64,000 bases of DNA from Eledone cirrhosa (GCA_964016885.1 OZ024752.1:14260001-14324000), one strand, 5' to 3'; counted from the stretch's first letter, positions 27,535-41,993 are shown. Program-made: numbers and translations. Notes: a model not told the origin generated them from the letters alone.

Positions 27535-29750
27535 CAGTGGCGTAGCTAGGGTAAATGGCGCCCAGGGCAAGCATCAAAATGGCCCCCCACCCCCACTCCC
27601 AGCCCTCCATCAAAAAGTCAAGATCCACAAAGACGAAATTGCGGTAGAATTTATAATAAAAAAAAACAAAAAACGGTTACAACTTGATTTTTCGGGCTTT
27701 TAATGAGGCAAACTGGTTGATAATTTCCTCGAAATCAGTTCGTTCAAACTGTTCGATTTCTACACTCAAAAGGGCGAGATCACTCAGCCGTTGTTGGCCC
27801 ATTGAGGTAGTTTGCAAATAGGAATGTATTAGCTTCAGCTTGCTGAACGACCTCTCGTAACTGGCAATTGAAATAGAAATCGTCAACATTATTTGAATGG
27901 TCATTCGCAAATTGGGAAAAACACATTCATCGCCGTATTGTATTATGAATTGGAGAAATGCCTCCGGCTTTAAAATTGGATCAGCTGTCCTAGTAGCCAG
28001 CAAAGATCGACAGTCCAAGATTTCCTCATACAATTGCTCTCCGTCGATGTCGGAGTTGTATAGTTCCGCAAGACTGTTGCACCTTTGTTTAAGGACAAGG
28101 TTATCAGGATCAGCCAAATACAACAGATAGTTGACATCAAGAAGAAAGCCAAAACTTGAGTCGGTTTCCTTAAGTCGAATAAACCGTTCTTTCATTTCTG
28201 TTTGAAGACGATTGAGTGAACTTTGCATTGCTCTCTCTATCTCTTTTCTGACAGCCAACTCGACGTCCTCAGTAATTTCGGTATTGGTTTGTCGTCTTCC
28301 TCGCCTCCTCAGAAAATCGACATTCCATTTCTGGCAGAGGTCGAAGCCCATTTCAAGAGACTCGTGGATTAAGGATGTTCCTTCTTCTTTAAAATAAAGT
28401 TGGAGGGCTCCTATATCAACTGCAGCATCGTAAAAATTCATTCTTGCAGTCTCTTTTGAACCCGGTCAATTCGTGAGAGAATCGTGTTCCAGAATCCAAA
28501 CAAGTTCAGGAATTCATAACTCGGTATCCGATTATGGAGATTACTGGCATCACTTCTACTCTCGCATGTTTCATCATCACTAATTTTTTCGAGAACTTCA
28601 ACAATCAGCGTCAAATAATTCGCCACTGGTCTGACTGCGGTACATCTAGCACTCCACCGCGTGTCGGAAGGATATTTAACCACCACTTCCCATCGTCGTG
28701 TTGAACGAGAAAAAAAGTTATATAACGAGTCAATGCAACTGAAAAAGTTCATCATAGCAGAATCGTTTTGACTGCATGAAGACCAGCCAGATTAAGTGAA
28801 TGGTTATCATAATTAACGAAGTGAATCAAATTTTTCTTCTCTCTCATTCTCTGCTGAACCCCACTGCGGTGCCCAGCCATTATGGCAGCATTGTCGTAGC
28901 ACTGCGATCGACAGTTCTGCAGTGGTAGGTCATCTCTAGCTCTTTCACGATTGTTTCAACAAGGCTTGGGGCATCTTTTTTGATTATTTGAATGAATCCA
29001 ATAAAAGATTCTCTCACAACGACCGTCTTCATATTGAAATCAACATCGACATATCGCACAACTTTTGACAGTTGTTCTCGGTGCGCCTGGTCAGGGGTCG
29101 AGTCAATCAGCAGACCATAGTATCTTGCTTTTTTGATACGATTTAGTAAATTCTGACGAACTGTATTATAGAAGAAAACATTGAACCATCTTAACTGGAG
29201 TCAAATTGAATTCCTAATAGAAGCTATCCGATCCTATCTGGCCATTTGGATTATGATACCTTTTCTATGCGTCTTCTGTACCAGTTGTAAAAGACAAAGT
29301 TCTCTCTTTTGTAAACCAGCTTCATAATTATAATTATCTTGTATTGGTCATTGCAATGCATTGCTAAAAATAGCGCCTGCGTGTCCACCAGTTGCACGTC
29401 CAAAACTACGTCCCTTCAGTCAGTGTGTATGTGGGGGGGGGGGGGGGGATTGTGAGGTCAAGTGAGGAATCCGCTGTTTTGCAATGTATAGCTAAAAATA
29501 GCGCCCGCATAATTGCAAACCACCCTGCTGTCAGTGTGTGTGTGTGTGTGTGGGGGGGGGGGGGGGGCATTTTTCTGAAGTCAAATCAGACATCTGCTCT
29601 GTCTAGTGCACTAGACATGGCGCGGAAGTCAGCTATCAAGAAATCACATGCTTTTCATTTTTGGCTTATATTTTTAAAAATGAAAAAAACGACATGGATG
29701 TAATTCGATCTAGGTCTAAATTGCGCCCCTCTAAATATGGCGCCCGTGGC
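27535..29750 (-). mobile_element. Decayed hAT DNA transposon with ZMYM1-like transposase remnant (27677-~29160)
   Basis: YYGLLIDSTPDQAHREQ; SQCYDNAAIMAG; SDTRWSAR; FPNL..SIASYERSFSKLKLI..MGQQRLSDLALLSVE; left TIR CAGTGGCGTAGCTAG; right TIR not found. Confidence 0.9.
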
Positions 29751-29926
29751 ATGGATAATATATACATATATAATATATGTATATATATATATATAGAAGT
29801 GGATGGACTGAGTGCTCTACCACTACGGATATTACCTTTCATTGTTCTAACACTATATTTATATATATATATATAAGTATATATACATATATATAAACAT
29901 GTATATATACATACCCACATATATAT

Positions 29927-30041
<115 letters not shown>

Positions 30042-30103
30042 GATATGTACGGATAAAATTTGGTAGTGTAGATCAATGTACAAACAAAAAGAAACAAGTA
30101 ATA

Positions 30104-30286
30104 TTTGTTTCTACTTTAGGCACAAGGCCAGCAATTACCCAGTGCATTACTGGTACTTTATTTTATCGACCCCGTAAGGATGAAAAGCAAAGTCAACCTC
30201 GGCAGGATTTGAACTCAGATTATAAACGGACGTAACTATGCTGGAAAGCATGGTGTCTGACCCTCTACCGATACTGACAATCCAGC
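30104..30286 (-). mobile_element. SINE family 1
   Basis: Reverse complement of consensus. Confidence 0.88.
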
Positions 30287-30511
30287 TTACCAAAGATACG
30301 GTAATAGTCCCAAAAGAGAGATCAAATTACAGTATCCAGGTGTGCATATATATATACATATAGTTAGGTGTACTGGTGTTTTTATATATAAGTAAGCTTA
30401 CAAACTCTAGTTTTATTATTTGTTTCCTAGGTCATTATTTGATCCTAACTAATTTTCTTTTTATTATTTTATATTATTTTCTGGGTTTTTTTACTTTCCT
30501 TTTCCTTAAAA

Positions 30512-30900
30512 CATATATCGTTCCTTGTCCCTCCAGCATATATCTTTCGTGGGTTGCACCACCAACATATATGTTTCATTGTTCCTCCAACATATATGTT
30601 TCCTTGTCCCTCCAGCATATATCTTTCCTTGTCCCTCCAACATGTATATTTCCTTGTTCCTCCAACATATATCTTTCCTTGTCCCTCCAGCATATATCTT
30701 TCTTTGTCCCTCCAACATGTATATTTCCTTGTTCCTCCAACATATATCTTTCCTTGTCCCTCCAACATGTATATTTCCTTGTTCCCCCAACATATATCTT
30801 TCCTTGTACCTCCAGCATATATCTTTCCTTGTCCCTCCAACATACATATTTCCTTGTCCCTCCAGCATATATCTGTCCTTGTCCCTCCAACAGATATCTG
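30512..30900. repeat. 25-bp minisatellite, about 15 copies
   Basis: Unit CATATATCTTTCCTTGTCCCTCCAA/G. Confidence 0.95.
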
Positions 30901-31054
30901 TTCTACCTCATCTACATTAGTGTATTTGCATTTTAATCAGAGTGGATAGAAGTAAGAATATTTTTACTGCAAGATGCATCAACCTCACCTTAAACTTTGA
31001 AATCTTTCTGATGAAATGATTTATTTAACATATTGCTAGTGAAAGGGCATAATA

Positions 31055-31258
31055 ATGGGTTCCTATATAGGCACAAGGCCAGCATATTTTGGAGGAGGGG
31101 GAAGCCTATTAAATCGACCCCAGTACATTACTGCTACTTTATTTTATCGACCCCGTAAGGATGAAAGGCAAAGTTAACCTCGGTGTGATTTGATCTCAGG
31201 TCATAAAGGGCTGTAACTCTATACTGCAAAGCTTGGTATCCGACCCTCTACCGGTATT
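31055..31258 (-). mobile_element. SINE family 1 (longer variant)
   Basis: Core TCGACCCCGTAAGGATGAAAGGC; flanking repeat GGGCATAATAATG. Confidence 0.85.
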
Positions 31259-31548
31259 GTTCGCTAAATAACAAAATGAATGGGCATAATAATGACATTA
31301 TGCAACCAGAACTCGTAGATTTGAAACATGTGTTAAAGAATGAACTTTGATTAATTTCTTCATTTCTAATGTATACTTCATGCCTAGACGTTTGTTTTTC
31401 ATATATATATACATATTTACATATATATATATATACATAATTACATACATATATACTTACTTACACACATATATATATATACATATTTACATATATATAT
31501 ATATACATTTACATATACATATTTACATATATATATATATATATATAC

Positions 31549-32030
31549 AGTGGTAGAACACTGAAAGGTAATATCCGTAGTGGTAGAGCATTCAGTCCAT
31601 AGGAGGGGTTAGTTAGAAGTGGTTACACATCAGTTAGTTCACCATACCGAGAACAATTGTTTCACCTTAGCGGATCCTCAGCTCGTAATGGACATGGTTA
31701 TACCGAGTGAATTATCTTTATATCCACGTACTGTGATGTGTTGATCAGAGGTAAATAATTTATTGGAGTTCGAGTGACGCAACTTCAAGCGATTAGCGAC
31801 CTCTAGACTCACCTGATCAATGAAACATTTGTCAGTACTTGTACAGCCAACCATCTTACTCTTCATTCTTTCACTATTATTACTCCAAGTATAACCAGCA
31901 TACGAATTACCGCGAACTCACTGCATAACTATGGAAACATCTTGTTGAGTCAAATAAAGCCGTACGTTAAAATTATCCACGACGCAGAGTACTCACAACC
32001 TCTAACTGGATTACCTATAACGATACTTTG
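31549..32030 (-). mobile_element. pLTR with canonical HHR (~31638-31700) and tail
   Basis: Reverse complement CGAG-CTGAGGA-TCCGCTAAGGT-GAAAC-AATT-GTT-CTCG. Confidence 0.78.
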
Positions 32031-32067
32031 TACCCCCCCCCCACACACACACACATATACATATATA

Positions 32068-32404
32068 TATAGTATAAAAAAACGAAAAATCAGTGATGCA
32101 TCTGGACTCAGTTTATTGTGTGTTACAATTGTTTCGCCGGCAGGTAACTCGAGACATGATCACTGTATGGATCTGGCTGATTCTACGGTTGCAGGTTCCT
32201 TCGGACACAGGCAATTAGTTCGGAGCAAATTTTCTCACTCGAGCTACCTGCCGGCGAAACAATTGTAACACACAATAAACTGAGTCCAGATACATCACTG
32301 ATTTTTCGTTTTTTTATACTATTCACACTCTGCTCTGTAATAATATTGAGTGCTAATTTTGGCATACCGCCTATGGAAGCACCACAGCTACCATTAAACA
32401 CACG

Positions 32405-32406
<2 letters not shown>
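32068..32406. mobile_element. Asymmetric fold-back element with right-side tail
   Basis: Left arm 32068-32237, right arm 32238-32322; GAAAC-AATT-GTA; tail ACTCTGCTCTGTAATAATATTGAGTGC. Confidence 0.85.
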
Positions 32407-32431
<25 letters not shown>

Positions 32432-32435
<4 letters not shown>

Positions 32436-32995
32436 TAATTCCCCATTTATCGCGGAGGATACGTTCCAGAACCAACCGCGATAAATGAAAATCTACGATA
32501 TAGTGAGGTCCTAAAGGCATCCGTTGTTTTCATAGTTTAAGCCTTAAAATACCTCTCCTACATGCTTTAAGTATATATAGACTCATTAAAACATACTTTT
32601 CTATTTAAACATAAAAACAACCATTAACGATAGTATAGAAACTACCACCAACGATCGTACCACTAGTTACAAATGAGGAAAAATTGCTAGCCATGGTAGC
32701 CACTTGGTAATATACCGTACATTTCCCGTCAATCTATGAAGTGTTTGTAGCAGATTAGAGAAAAACACAATCAGTAAAACAGTAACGGAATGAAAAATAA
32801 AAACATTCTTTCATAGTTAAAGCCATAAGATGCCCCTTCCTTACGCCAGACACTTCAATCACATCGAAATTTATTTAATAGGTTTAAAATTTAAACACTT
32901 TTTATTCCGACGTACCGCGTTAGGATAAGAAATATGTTCTATTGAAAAATCGACGATGTAGAGGGACCATGAAAAGTGAGCCGTGATATAGCGGG
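32432..32995. mobile_element. Tigger/pogo-like MITE
   Basis: TA-CAGTAATTCCCCATTTATCGCGGAGGATACGTTCCA at left; CCGTGATATAGCGGGG at right. Confidence 0.6.
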
Positions 32996-35002
32996 GGGGG
33001 GGGGGGCACACACATATATATGATGTAAGCTTATCACACAAATTATATTTATATTCTTGAAGACTACTACCAAATTACGTTGCCAGAAATACGATGAACA
33101 CATCCATCACATTTACTGTCAAATGTATTCAGAAATTGATATTAATGCATCAACCTGAAGCAGTACTGCTAGAATATGAATTTTCACCTGTTTGTATTCA
33201 TCAGATAAGAATATTATTAACGGTAAATGAATTTCCTCAAAACCAAACGTTTTGTTATGTATGCATTTTTCATTCTGTTATGCATCAGTATTATTGAATG
33301 AATTAAATTATTATGTAAATTTAATAATTATGTAAATTTAATAATTATGAAACTTGTATGATCTAATATCAAATTCGTACTTCATATTTTAAGCGGAATT
33401 TCATATTTGTGATAAAGTCAAAATATCATATTCATTTTTTTTATTTTCTGTGTTTTTTTTGTTTGCTTTGTTTTGTTTTTGTATGTTTAATATTGAATGA
33501 TATCCTCAATTGACGGAACGATAAAAACCAGTTCTGTACATTTATCAGGCTAACGTGTTAGATTCCACGCGCATGCTAAACATTTTAAGAAACTATTATT
33601 ATATTGTAATATAATTATTTTCGGAAAATGTTTATATTTTTCAAAAGCTTTTATTACTTTCTTATGCAATTTTTTATCGATGAAAAGAAAATTGCTATTT
33701 AGAAAATTAGTATTCAATGTAAACGCGATTTCAATGAAGCCGATGGTTCTCTCCTTTATAAATATATCTGATAGCATGGGATTAAGGTTGGCTTATGAAC
33801 AAAATTAACAACAAAGATATAATAATTTTATTTCCCATCTGCATTATTGGAAATATTTAAAGTAAAATAAGAAAATATTTTTCGTAATAATTTTATCAAG
33901 AATGAACCTCAATGGTATTGAAGAAATCTGTAAGAATGTTTGGAGAATGGTGACAGCTATTCAGATGCACAAATGTCTATAAGATTTGTTGAGAATCACA
34001 AGAGATTAAATTTATGGGAGTCTTCTCAATAGTCAGCCACTCTCCGAGGCTTTGGTGTTTATCATTTCAATTCTAACAAAATGTATTCAATTTCGCTGTA
34101 AATATTGAAGTCACAAATAAGTTCTGAATTCCCTTGACTAAAGTTCCTTATTGCTTGGGCAAACAAATAACAACAAAAAACGCTTGTTATGCCATTACAT
34201 TCAAAATAAAAACACCATAACGCCAGACAGCATAGAGAAATGTGCTTCTCGTTGTTTTGATATCGGAAATATCCTTCCGGTTGGTACTGTAAGTAGACGG
34301 ATTAAAATTTAGAATACATTAATGCACTAATATTTCGGTGATCACGTATAAAGTTTCAGTACGGAAATGTTTTTACTAACTTGCTCAGTCTACAGCTGTA
34401 GGGTATATGAATATTAGTTAGTTTATATTATAGTCATGAATTATAATCGTTGCACATATCGAATACAGAATTCTCACGAGGTAATGTTTAGTTTATATAA
34501 TGTGACATATGCAAATATTCTAGTTGCTTTCTTTTCCAGATGAAAACTAAGAATAATTCTTTGTCTTTGTGCTATGTGTACAGAAAAGTTGATTGTAGTT
34601 GAGTAGGAGCGGAAATTCGTTCGATATATCTGAAATCGACAACTGGTGCGGGTTTCAAATCACGGTACTGGGAAATCAGTATCATTAAGATGGGCGTAAT
34701 CTAACTTATTCTTAAGAAAACCTTCAGATGTAACTGATCATGGCAGTCATAAGTAATACGATAACTGTTGGCAAGACAGGTGACCACCCTTTTACAAGTT
34801 AGTGTAATACGTTCTCTGTAGCAGAATTGTAAATTAATGATGTATATTCTAAATGTACGATATTAATTGTATATTTACAAGTGATTTGATGACTGTCCCC
34901 CAATGACAACAGCTGTTCGTGCCCCATTCTCATTTCTGATTTATGTCTATTAAAAGATGCAGTTGTAAAATAGCCAAGATCACAAATATGCCAAACAGAT
35001 CA

Positions 35003-36362
35003 CTCAGACTCAGAAGCTCCCGCGTCTTGCGACGCATGAGGCAATCATAGTGTTCCACCGCGTTCGCTCAGCAGCCAGTTGCACAGCGTCCCGCCATTGT
35101 CTGTTTGTCGCTCGCAGGTCCCTCTCAACTGTCTGGCGCCAGTTCATTTAGGGTCGCCCTCTCCGTCTGCTTCCCTGTGGGTTCCATTTAAGTACTTGGT
35201 TCGCCAGTCTCTCCGGGGGAAGTCTCAAAGTGTGCCCAAACCAGCCCAGGCGACGCTTGCAGATGGCAGAAGAGACTAGCTGTTGGTTGGTGCGGTTCCT
35301 GACTTCCTGGTTTGTTACATGGTCACTCCATTTAATCCCCAGGATCTTTCGCAGACACCTGGAATCGAATGCGTCCAACTTCTTCTCTTGGCTGGTCTTA
35401 AGGTGCCATGTTTCACTTCCGTACAAGAGTGGTGGACAGCACGTTGCTGTTGTAGAATCTCATCTTTGTTTTGAGTGTGAACTACCTGCTCTTCCAGATC
35501 TTGACAAGCTGGTTAAATGCTGCTGAAGCCTTTCCCATTCTACATTGCAATTCACTGTCCATGGCGCCCCCATTGTCAATGGAGCTTCCTAGGTAGGTGA
35601 AGTTGTCCACTATCTCCACCTCCCCCTGTTCAATGAAAACACTAGTTGGTGATGGGTGTGTTCCAGATAACATGCTTTTGGTCTACTTAGCACCGATATT
35701 GAGACCTAAGCTTCCTGCTTCGACACTGATATTGTTCATAATGATTTGCAGGTCAGCTGTGCTCTCTGCAAGTGTAACAATATCGTCCGCAAAAGTCCAG
35801 GTCAGACAACTTTTGCTCTCCCACCCAAGATATACCCTGGTCTTTAGACGCTCTTCTTAGTACCCAGTCAATGGCTATGGTAAAGAGAATTGGAGAGAGC
35901 GAGCAACCTTGACGCACACCACTAACCACCTCAAACCAGTCACTGTAACCATCCTCTGTCCGTAAATCTGTTTGATTGCCGAAATGACTTTCTGGGGCAG
36001 ATCATACTTATTCATGATGCTCCAGATTGACGGTCGATGAATGCTATCGAATGCTTTGGAGAAATCGATGAAGCTGACGGCGAGGGGCCTCTGGAATTCG
36101 TTGTACCTCTCAATGATGCGGCGTAACGTAAAGATCTGCTCTGCACAGGAACGTTTTGGTCGGAACCCTGCCTGTTGTTCTCGCAGTTCCCTGTCTACCA
36201 TGCCACGTATGCGGTTCAGGATCATCAGACAATAGACCTTCCCTGGTATGGAGAGAAGTGTCACTCACCTCTAGTTATCACAATCGGCAAGGTTGCCCTT
36301 CTTGGGGATACAGACAACCGCTCCGTTTCTCCAATCTTCTGGGACTTCACCCAAACAGATGC
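35003..36362 (-). mobile_element. RTE-clade LINE, 5'-truncated, decayed RT
   Basis: PEDWRNGAVVCIPKKGNL; LREQQAGFRPKRSCAEQIFTLR; FIDFSKAFDSI; FADD; FTYLGS; YGSETW; WFGHTLR. Confidence 0.93.
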
Positions 36363-36654
36363 AACTCACTAAATTCAGTGACGTTGTTGATGTGAGAATA
36401 TTAGTGCTGAGTGAGGCTAACTCTTGGTCTACATCAGCTGAAGTGTTTTGCTCAAGAATACTAGAAACAAGAGAGTCCAAGACACAAACACATGACAGTT
36501 TTATCGTATGTCCAACACACATACCACTTGGCTACTTAACTTCATTCTTACTTTCTAGTTCTACCACTAATCTGTATCGCTATTACTTCAGTAAACGACT
36601 AATTGGCAGAGTCGATTGAAAATACTTTGGTATTTGTTTCCTCTCACTGTGCTC

Positions 36655-36822
36655 AGAGCTTTGCAGCATAGAATTACGGCCCTCTACGGTCTGAGTTCAG
36701 ATCCCGCCGAGGTTAACTTACGGGGTTCGATAAAATAAAGCACCAGTAAAGTACAAGGGCCAATTTACTCAATTTTACCTTCCCGTACAATTTCTGGCCT
36801 TGTAAATATATAAGAAACCATT
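36655..36822 (+). mobile_element. SINE family 1, degenerate
   Basis: GAGTTCAGATCCCGCCGAGGTTAACTT...CGATAAAATAAAGCACCAG. Confidence 0.75.
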
Positions 36823-37955
36823 ATTTCGAGTTCGAGAAGAAAAATAAGCACAATCTCGTACGGAAGTGGATTATTCCTATCTGTCTGTATGTCTGTATGT
36901 CTCTCTCTTTCTCTCTCTCTTTCTCTGTCTCCGACCCCAAATCAATCTATCTCTTTCTTTGCAAGAAATATCAGTGTTTAAACCTGGAGAGGCATGCGTT
37001 TTGTCAGTTTTGAATGCTCAAGTGTGCGCCCTTGCGCCTCCATTAAGGATTTAAGGCGCTCTTACCTATTGTTTTCTTTTTACTTGAATTTAATTAGCTA
37101 AGTTGTAATTGACATCAACATGTCATTTATCATTATATTATCGAGCCCTGAAAATGAATAGCAAAAATGCTTACAGTCATATTTGAACTCGAATCAATGT
37201 ATTGTTGAATGAAAATAAATCATCTTATCACTACATTTCTTGTAACTTTGCATGCCGTCACTCTCAGTGAAACAGGAATTTAATCATTGCAACCTATCCC
37301 TCGTTCTAAAACTAATGTTTTATAGATATTCGATTCATCAATACTAATTACATTTATCATATGAACTACTACATTATATAGTTTTTTTACATATATATAT
37401 GTGTTACGAAAAAACAGATTTTTCATAAAGTTTCAATTACATATTATCAATATAAAAAGAAGTAAATAAATCTTGCTAATTTCGTATTCGATATAATGAT
37501 TTTTAACCTAATTTAGTTAGGGAGGTAGATTTGGTTTATACAATAGTCATTATCTAATAAATCTTTACAGTTTAGTTTTTGGTTTGGCACGTTTTAAGTT
37601 CAAATAGTATCAGGTCAACTATCTCCTTCATGGAAGAAATTAACACTAATAACTTTGGTAGTTCTAATCAATCACATTCGTCACCTACACATTGGTGAAC
37701 TTCTACATTTAAAATTAATCAATTGTGTATGAAATTTGTAGCAGAAACGTCAAATCAATCATAGACTGTTTGGCAATTTATAATTTCAAACAGTTAAAAG
37801 GTCAGTGGATTATATCACACGCATGCACACACAAAGAATGTATGCGAATCTTTGTGAGTCTGTCTGTGTGTGTGAACGTGTGCGTGTCTGTGTGTGAAGG
37901 TGTGCGTTTGTATGTGAAGGTGTACGTGTGCATGTGAAGGTGTACGTGTATGTGT

Positions 37956-38125
37956 GGACGCAGCATGGCTGACCGCCTAAGTATTTCAACTCGCAATAAC
38001 TAAATGTTACTTTTGATCCCACTGCGCGACATCTTAGATAAGTGGCATCTATTTACATTAGCCTCGGGTTAATCAAATAATTTGAGTGGAATTACGTAAA
38101 TAGAACCTATTTTGAAGCTCGTCGG
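37956..38125 (+). mobile_element. Old octopus-type tRNA SINE (family 2)
   Basis: GCATGGCTG...TCCCACTGCGCGACATCTTAGATAAGTG...TAGCCTCGGG...GAGTGGAATT recognised from memory. Confidence 0.6.
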
Positions 38126-38588
38126 ATGAATTGAAACACTAATGTAAAAAGGCCAGTCTTACGACACACTTTATCACTCTGAACAACTCTGATTATTATG
38201 TTTAGCGTACACGTGCCTATGGAAGGCTGACACGTGTTGATCAATCGACTGGAAAAACGACCATGGTACCCGACAGAGGTCCAACACACACATAAATACA
38301 CACACACACACACATACACACACACACACACTCTCTCTCTTTCTCACACACACACACACACATATATATATATGTATATATTTTCTCTCTTTGTTTCTCT
38401 TCCCAATAACTTACAAAGTTATTGACGCAGTGGGGAAAGACGTATTGTCTTTAATGAGTTGAATCGTCCGAGACCGTCAGCAGACACCTGAAGATGGGAC
38501 TTGTTTCTTGTTTGTGCTTTCCTTTCATTTCTATATGTATATATATATATACACATATATATATATATATAAATATATATATATATAA

Positions 38589-39216
38589 AGCGAAGGAGAT
38601 GTGGTAAGGAACCAGATGGACCATAAGGCACCAGAGTACTCAATACTTAGGGTAGTAGAGTGGGTAATAGGAAAATGTATGACCCGACGGCAGAGCTCAA
38701 GCCGTTTCACCGGCTATTTCTGGACTAAATTAGAATTTTTATCGTGGTAAATAAATAGCCGAACTTTTCTAGGAGTATTTCCTTATATGGGAAGATTGTA
38801 GTTGTCAAGAGAATTGGTCAAAATTTCTTGTAAACACAATTAAGTCTATTCTATGACGTCCCTTCTCTATTTTCTCCAGAATCCTTTTTCGCCTACTTCC
38901 TCTGGCCTAGTTTCATACACACTCCTTAGAATTTGCTGCATAGAATTCACTTTCAACGCTTGACCGGCTCCACCCACTCCCCCATTGTTCTACAGGCAAG
39001 TTCAGCCACCACCACCTCCACACCCACTGCCATGATAGACTTAATTGTGTTTACAAGAAATTTTGACCAATCTTTTGACAACTATAATCTTCTCATATAC
39101 GGAATTATCCCTTGAAAAGTTCGGCTATTTATTTACCACGCTAAAAATTTTAATTTAGTCCAGAAATAGTCGTCGAAACAGTTTTAGCTCTGCTGTCGGG
39201 GTCATACATTTTCCTA
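38589..39216. mobile_element. Fold-back element, tail on left, HHR with UUGAAAA core on + (39107-39202)
   Basis: Arms ~38667-38845 / 39036-39216; ATCCC-TTGAAAA...GAAAC-AG..CT-GTC-GGGGT. Confidence 0.83.
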
Positions 39217-39232
39217 TATATATATATATATG

Positions 39233-39612
39233 AGGGACACAGTTGTATCGGATTACAGGTGCTAATCGCTTTTCCGTGTCGGTTGTCACAACCAGTCATG
39301 ACCGGCATGGGCTGGGGTTTGGATTTTGTCGATCGATTGGTTATTGATTAGGCGATACCCGGTGATGAAGTCGCATAAGCCGATTATACATTGTTGCATA
39401 ATATATGCAGACGGAAGGTGCAGTGCCCCTTACTGATGCATTAAGTGTAGCCGAAACTCGAGTCCGGGAACTATTATAGGCACCCGTTTTACGTGTGTTG
39501 TATTGAAGCGAATAACTATGTGTATCCTCTGAGAATGTATCTTACATTGCCCATAGAGTATGCTGAGATACAACCGGTCATGGCATTGATAAATATGGTG
39601 GGTCCGTCAACT

Positions 39613-39616
<4 letters not shown>
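39233..39616 (+). mobile_element. pLTR-like insert with HHR (core GTGATGA, probably decayed) and tail
   Basis: CCCG-GTGATGA...GAAAC-TCGA-GTC-CGGG at 39358-39468; CTCTGAG...TAGAGTA downstream. Confidence 0.7.
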
Positions 39617-39675
<59 letters not shown>

Positions 39676-39677
<2 letters not shown>

Positions 39678-39790
39678 ATTAATATCGAATCAAGAGTCTG
39701 ATAAGCTTTTGATTACAGAGTCGGGTCAGATCGATACAGATCGAATCTTCAGCTGATCAATAACAAAACACGCGTTATGCCTAAATAAAT
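39676..39790 (+). mobile_element. Decayed HHR-bearing fragment, family of 55750-56050
   Basis: GCTTTTGATT..AGAGTCGGG..ATCGATACAGATCGAA..AGCTGATCA shared. Confidence 0.6.
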
Positions 39791-39872
39791 GTAATGATGA
39801 TAGTCTAAGACCTCATTCCTATTTATTTTTAATATTACACTCTGAATATTAGGGAAACTGACCATAGTTTAA

Positions 39873-41445
39873 ACAAGGGTTCCCAAACGCTTATTCTCTG
39901 TGCCGCATTTTCAGAATGAAAATTTGCTCGCGCCTCACCAAATTTATGTGTTAAAAATTATATTTAAAAATAAAACAATGACTAATAGTGCGTTAAACAT
40001 AATATATAACATGAATAACTTACAAGATTAAAGTACACAAATTTAATGAAAGGTACAAGCTTGTTTTTGACGAGTAATCTCCTTTATATTAGGCATAATT
40101 GAAGATTACAAACTATCATCCTCTCATCAACACAAAAAGTCTTTTCTTTTTTTTCTATCTTAATATAATAAAGGGAGGAGTGCGGGACTGTGTCCTGAAT
40201 ATTTATTTTCATCCCGTTAGTAAAATAAGCCGGTTTACTGTGAATAAATAATGGTTTCTTATATAGGCACAATGCCATCAATTTTGGGGGAGGGGAAAGT
40301 CGATTAAATCGACCTTTGTGTCTGACTGGTACTTTATTTTATCGACCCCGTAAGGATGAAAGGCAAAGTTAACCTCGGCGGCATTTGAACTCAGATCATA
40401 AAGGACCATAAATGTTACTGCCAATCCACCGCTCTTTTTACTGTGAATAAATAATGAATAAATATTATATAGTTTATGGACTAAATTTTGTAGCTGTTGG
40501 TTAAACATAAATATTTTTATATATAATGATTGGTTATTTTAAGATCCACTTCTCTTAAAATTTTCAAATGTCTTTACTTCCGGTTATGATACAACGGACA
40601 CTTATATCATATCACTTAAATAAACTTTGATATATTTGCATCATAGCGTTTATATTTCTGTCGCTAATTTTCTCCTTTTTCGTTTTCATTACATTTCACC
40701 GTAATGCAGTTGATATATAATATCGTCTTTTTTAAATGTATCATTGATTACTTTACTGATTACAGAAGACAGTTTAACACAGTCCTTCTTCAATTTCTGT
40801 GCATATTGTTAATTACTACTTTATTTGATGTATCATATCTACATGCATGTATATTTGCGTATAATATGCACACTACACCTGATAGCTGAAAACCACCCGC
40901 AGGGTAGTTTTCTCCTAATATTTTTAATACTTGGTATGATGCCAAACTGTTACAATGATAAAATTGGTCAATACATATTTTGACTATTTATTCCGGGACT
41001 CATGCATGCAATTACAAATAATCCATAATAATATTTTAAAATTTGAAATCAGATTTATTTTTGGCATATGAATTTTTTGAAACTGTTTCTAAATCCGTCT
41101 TGTAGCATTCTACCCTCTTGCCCTGGGCCCAAAGCCCAATCACCCTCCTTCTTGACCCCTTCCCTCTCTTCTTCGAAACCAGATTTATTACCATCCTCTC
41201 TCCTTCCTCATCTTTGTCGTTTTTCTTTCTATCCTTCTCTTTTTACCATATTTTTCTTTCTATATTTCCGTATTCTTTCTTTCCTTTTGTTTCCCCTTCT
41301 TTTTTATTATTTCTATATTGAAAAGAAACATATATATTTAAAAAGCTTTTTAAAAAATCTTTGATTGTCTTTCAAAAATTCAGCTTCACCTGTTATCCTC
41401 TTCCGCTGCACCTATGAGGTGCGCCGCCGGGTTTGGAAACCGACC
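39873..41445. mobile_element. Possible Charlie-type non-autonomous hAT containing a SINE
   Basis: CAAGGGTTCCCAAAC at left, GTTTGGAAACC at right; no TSD confirmed. Confidence 0.35.
40252..40432 (-). mobile_element. SINE family 1 with 20-bp TSD
   Basis: TTTACTGTGAATAAATAATG on both sides. Confidence 0.88.
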
Positions 41446-41729
41446 ACATTTTAACACCAAATATGTAACACCAAGTACTAGACTTCAACGATCCTACTAC
41501 GCATCCTGTGCTCTAGTTAGTGAGCCAAACATAACATACAGCTATATATAGGGTTGTTAATGCGGCTGTAACCAGCAGAGTGGAAATATAAGTAAGGCAA
41601 GGTTGCAACAGGAATAGACTTTATTACCATATGGCAATTGTTTTGATACTGCTCAGCTAAGTGGGTGATCTTAATGATGGAAGCATCGACATCTCCCCGG
41701 ATATACGAGTTCCTAGGCGCAGAACGCAT

Positions 41730-41825
41730 TGAATGTCTGATGAGATGTCCAGGCAGAGTTAAGCACACATCATTGGTGCTTAACTCTGCACCCTGAGCTG
41801 ATCAGTATTGAAAAATTGTCGTATG
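41730..41825 (+). ncRNA. Hammerhead-like motif with 14-bp perfect hairpin in stem II, likely decayed
   Basis: CTGATGA (41737)...GCAGAGTTAAGCAC/GTGCTTAACTCTGC...GAAAAATTGTC. Confidence 0.5.
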
Positions 41826-41871
41826 CTAATAACATGTGTTTATGGTGCTCTCTTGACTACCAGCTTACTAA

Positions 41872-41993
<122 letters not shown>

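Noticed and set aside
30512-30900. Regular short repeats resembling a CRISPR array or repeat protein
   Set aside because: Contiguous 25-bp units with no unique spacers, no cas genes, eukaryotic context
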